From positions 62,001 through 85,205 of the forward strand of contig CAJVPI010000018.1 of the NCBI GenBank assembly GCA_910592345.1: a DNA stretch of 23,205 nucleotides, written 5' to 3'. Below are positions 21,010 to 23,205 of the stretch, one piece after another. Every line of letters starts with the position of its first letter. Within the stretch, counting starts at the first letter, position 1. This DNA comes from Paraglomus brasilianum (lineage: Eukaryota). The notes beneath the pieces are model-generated. The model ran no database searches, was not told where the DNA came from, and worked only from the letters and a program-made list of their open reading frames with translations. Position numbers and translations under genes: made by a program.

Positions 21010-22496
21010 CAAGATAATTATTCTAAACATATGACCCGACTTGATCTAAATTATTATTTTAGAAAAGTTATTGACTGGGCCCTGATTATTGTCTTAATAT
21101 TAATCCATTAAAAGTTTCTGGAACATTGTTTTTTAAAAAATAATAAACCGCGTATGCTAAAGAATTACGAGTTTTATAGTAGAGGAATGAAGTTTAATTT
21201 CAAAACTATGTCAATTAAATTTAGTTAGTTAATAATAAAAGATAGAGGTAAGCTTGCAATAAAAGAATGGAAAGAACAAATTCCATACTAAAATTTTTTT
21301 CCGTCAAACAAGAGACTATTGGTGCATTTGTTAACTAGAATAGTCTCTTTTTTTATTATAAACTAGGGAAAATCCGTTGGTTTGTATCTCACATTTGGCC
21401 AGTTTATGGATAACTGTCAAACACGCGTTCGCACCGATACCGTACATCAATGGCAGATTGTTATAAAGAATAAGCATTTGAAGACCCGTGCTTTTCGCCT
21501 GCCCAACCATTTTTAGACTTTATCTTGGTACTACTTTACTTACTCGGACCACGTAATGCACAGTATTCTATTGACAACCATTGCAAATTTCATAATTTGC
21601 CAACTGTTTATTCAACTACCTCATCAGCAACTTTCATAATATAGCTAAAATGTTCAGTGTAGTATAGAAAATGGACTTTTACTTTTGTAATGTTCAAATT
21701 ATCTTATTACTATCTATTCAATAGAATAAGTTGGAATTATCAACAAAACGTTATTCTTTTGTTAAAAATGACAAATAGAAACCATTTCCATGATGATAAT
21801 AGCAAAGAAATATGAAATACTCACAAAAGAATTGTGGTAAATAGTAGTATGCATTGGTGCGTTGGGTGGGTTGTAGTGTGGGCGTGTAAGTTTCTTATAT
21901 TGTTATACTACATAGGTCGCACTGATATTATATTGCATGGCTCTTTTGCTAATCGATATCATCACTATTTTGAAGACTAATAATGACGTATATTCCTCTC
22001 TAATTTCTGTGTAATCCCGATGGTATCACAAACATTAGCTGCCAGAAAACGACAATTTTGGAATTTTGGTGTAATCTGGCAATATTAATAGAAGTGTACA
22101 ATAATTACCTTTTAGATTATTTGGAACTTAGTATGTTGTATGCGTAGCATTACGTTTGCATCATGTTTCTTAAATGTTCGATGTAATGTTCAAATAATAT
22201 CTCTCCAATAATAAACAAGTAGTTTTCTATACTCTGAAACACATTATTAATGATCCGTTCTCTAGTAAATTGCGATATAGCTGATAAACCGTTAATCCCT
22301 ATATCGTTCAGGAGTATTTGCCTCTTGTCCCGCGATTACTCTCGTTTAGTTGGCAATGCGTTGAGAATTATACGAACGATAGACCATTGAAACTGATCCC
22401 ATCGGCGGATAATAGTGAATATACTCGAGGAACGACGTATTTATCGAGAATTGGCGTCTATCGATCGGCTATTAGAGAGTCGTGAATGGTAAAGCC

Positions 22497-22792
22497 TGAC
22501 TTATCGGACTCATTAACCAGTGAAAAATATTTTACTACGTTGCTCCCGATGTTACACCGATATTATTGTTCTTATTTACGTAGAAGATTTACGCAGTAAG
22601 GGGTGTGAGAGTCAGCCCCAACGATCACTATCAACCAATAGTAAACATAAGCGGGTATCGATATATTGCCTAGTGTAACACATATCGCGTGTGTTCCAAA
22701 ATGTTACACTGCTACTATTGTTCTTATTTACGGAAACAATCGTGACAGTCGTAGTAAAAAAATTTTCACTGGTTAACAAGTCCGACAAGTCA
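22497..22792. mobile_element. MITE-like non-coding segment bounded by ~43-bp imperfect terminal inverted repeats
   Basis: Left end TGACTTATCGGACTCATTAACCAGTGAAAAATATTTTACTACG (22497-22539) versus right end CGTAGTAAAAAAATTTTCACTGGTTAACAAGTCCGACAAGTCA (22750-22792). No convincing target-site duplication seen. Confidence 0.45.
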
Positions 22793-23156
22793 CGCGATTA
22801 AACTAATTCTTATGATAGTCATAACATCAATAACAAAAGCGCTCATGCAGTTGCAGACTCTCACGCTCCTTATTGCATAGATAACAGACATTTATACTTA
22901 TGAGGTTGCGTACGACAACAATTGATAATATTAAGTAGTACCAATACATTTATACGCGTGACTTATCGGACTTGTTAACCAGTGAAAAATTTTTTACTAC
23001 GACTGTCACGTAAATAAGAACAATAGTATCAATGTAACATTTTGGTGCACACACGATATGATGTAATGATGTGTTACACTGAGCAATATATCGATATCCG
23101 CTTATGTTTACTATTGGTTTGACAGTGATGACTCTCACACCCCTTACTGCGTAAAT
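22587..23156. repeat. Long imperfect inverted repeat: arms 22587-22796 and 22955-23156, 158-nt spacer
   Basis: The reverse complement of arm 1 aligns end to end with arm 2 (CGCGTGACTT.TCGGACTTGTTAACCAGTG ... TGACTCTCACACCCCTTACTGCGTAAAT), with a few ~10-nt indels and scattered substitutions. Confidence 0.95.
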
Positions 23157-23205
23157 AACAACATTTATACTTATAAGGTCGCGCACGACAACAATATCAA
23201 GTAGT
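22881..23205 (+). repeat. Direct repeat of a ~55-bp block (22881-22939 and 23155-23205) flanking the second arm
   Basis: ATAACAGACATTTATACTTATGAGGTTGCGTACGACAACAAT...AAGTAGT versus ATAACAACATTTATACTTATAAGGTCGCGCACGACAACAATATCAAGTAGT. Confidence 0.9.

Noticed and set aside
21856..21886. G/T-rich patch as a G-quadruplex
   Set aside because: Only three GGG tracts.
22950..23186. 78-aa minus-strand ORF
   Set aside because: Lies wholly in the repeat, and the frame is not preserved in the other arm because of non-triplet indels.

Overview
Intron-rich, AT-rich eukaryotic DNA that looks fungal, probably from an early-diverging Mucoromycota/Glomeromycotina-like species (inferred from gene style, not proven). 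Manual splicing gives six genes: the 3' part of chaperonin CCT4 (+), condensin SMC2 (-, 20 exons), a HYPK homologue (-), an orphan ~622-aa low-complexity protein (+), an Ssr4-like SWI/SNF-RSC subunit (+) and an ERMP1-type M28 membrane metallopeptidase (+). The last ~3.9 kb has no normal gene. It holds two head-to-head, intronless, frameshifted ORF relics and a nested inverted/direct repeat complex running to the window end. Main points of interest: (1) the orphan protein has KEN boxes, a D-box and repeat-amplified CDK and Aurora sites; (2) an identically spaced TCACGTGT-N8-ACGCGTT module sits upstream of two adjacent genes, with a variant upstream of SMC2; (3) SMC2 has a +1 frame break at AAA-AAA-AGT-TGA (assembly error or recoding); (4) three GC-AG introns occur among ~48; (5) a ~570-bp foldback repeat. 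No rRNA, tRNA, snRNA or CRISPR array was recognised. All gene models are by eye and need RNA-seq confirmation.
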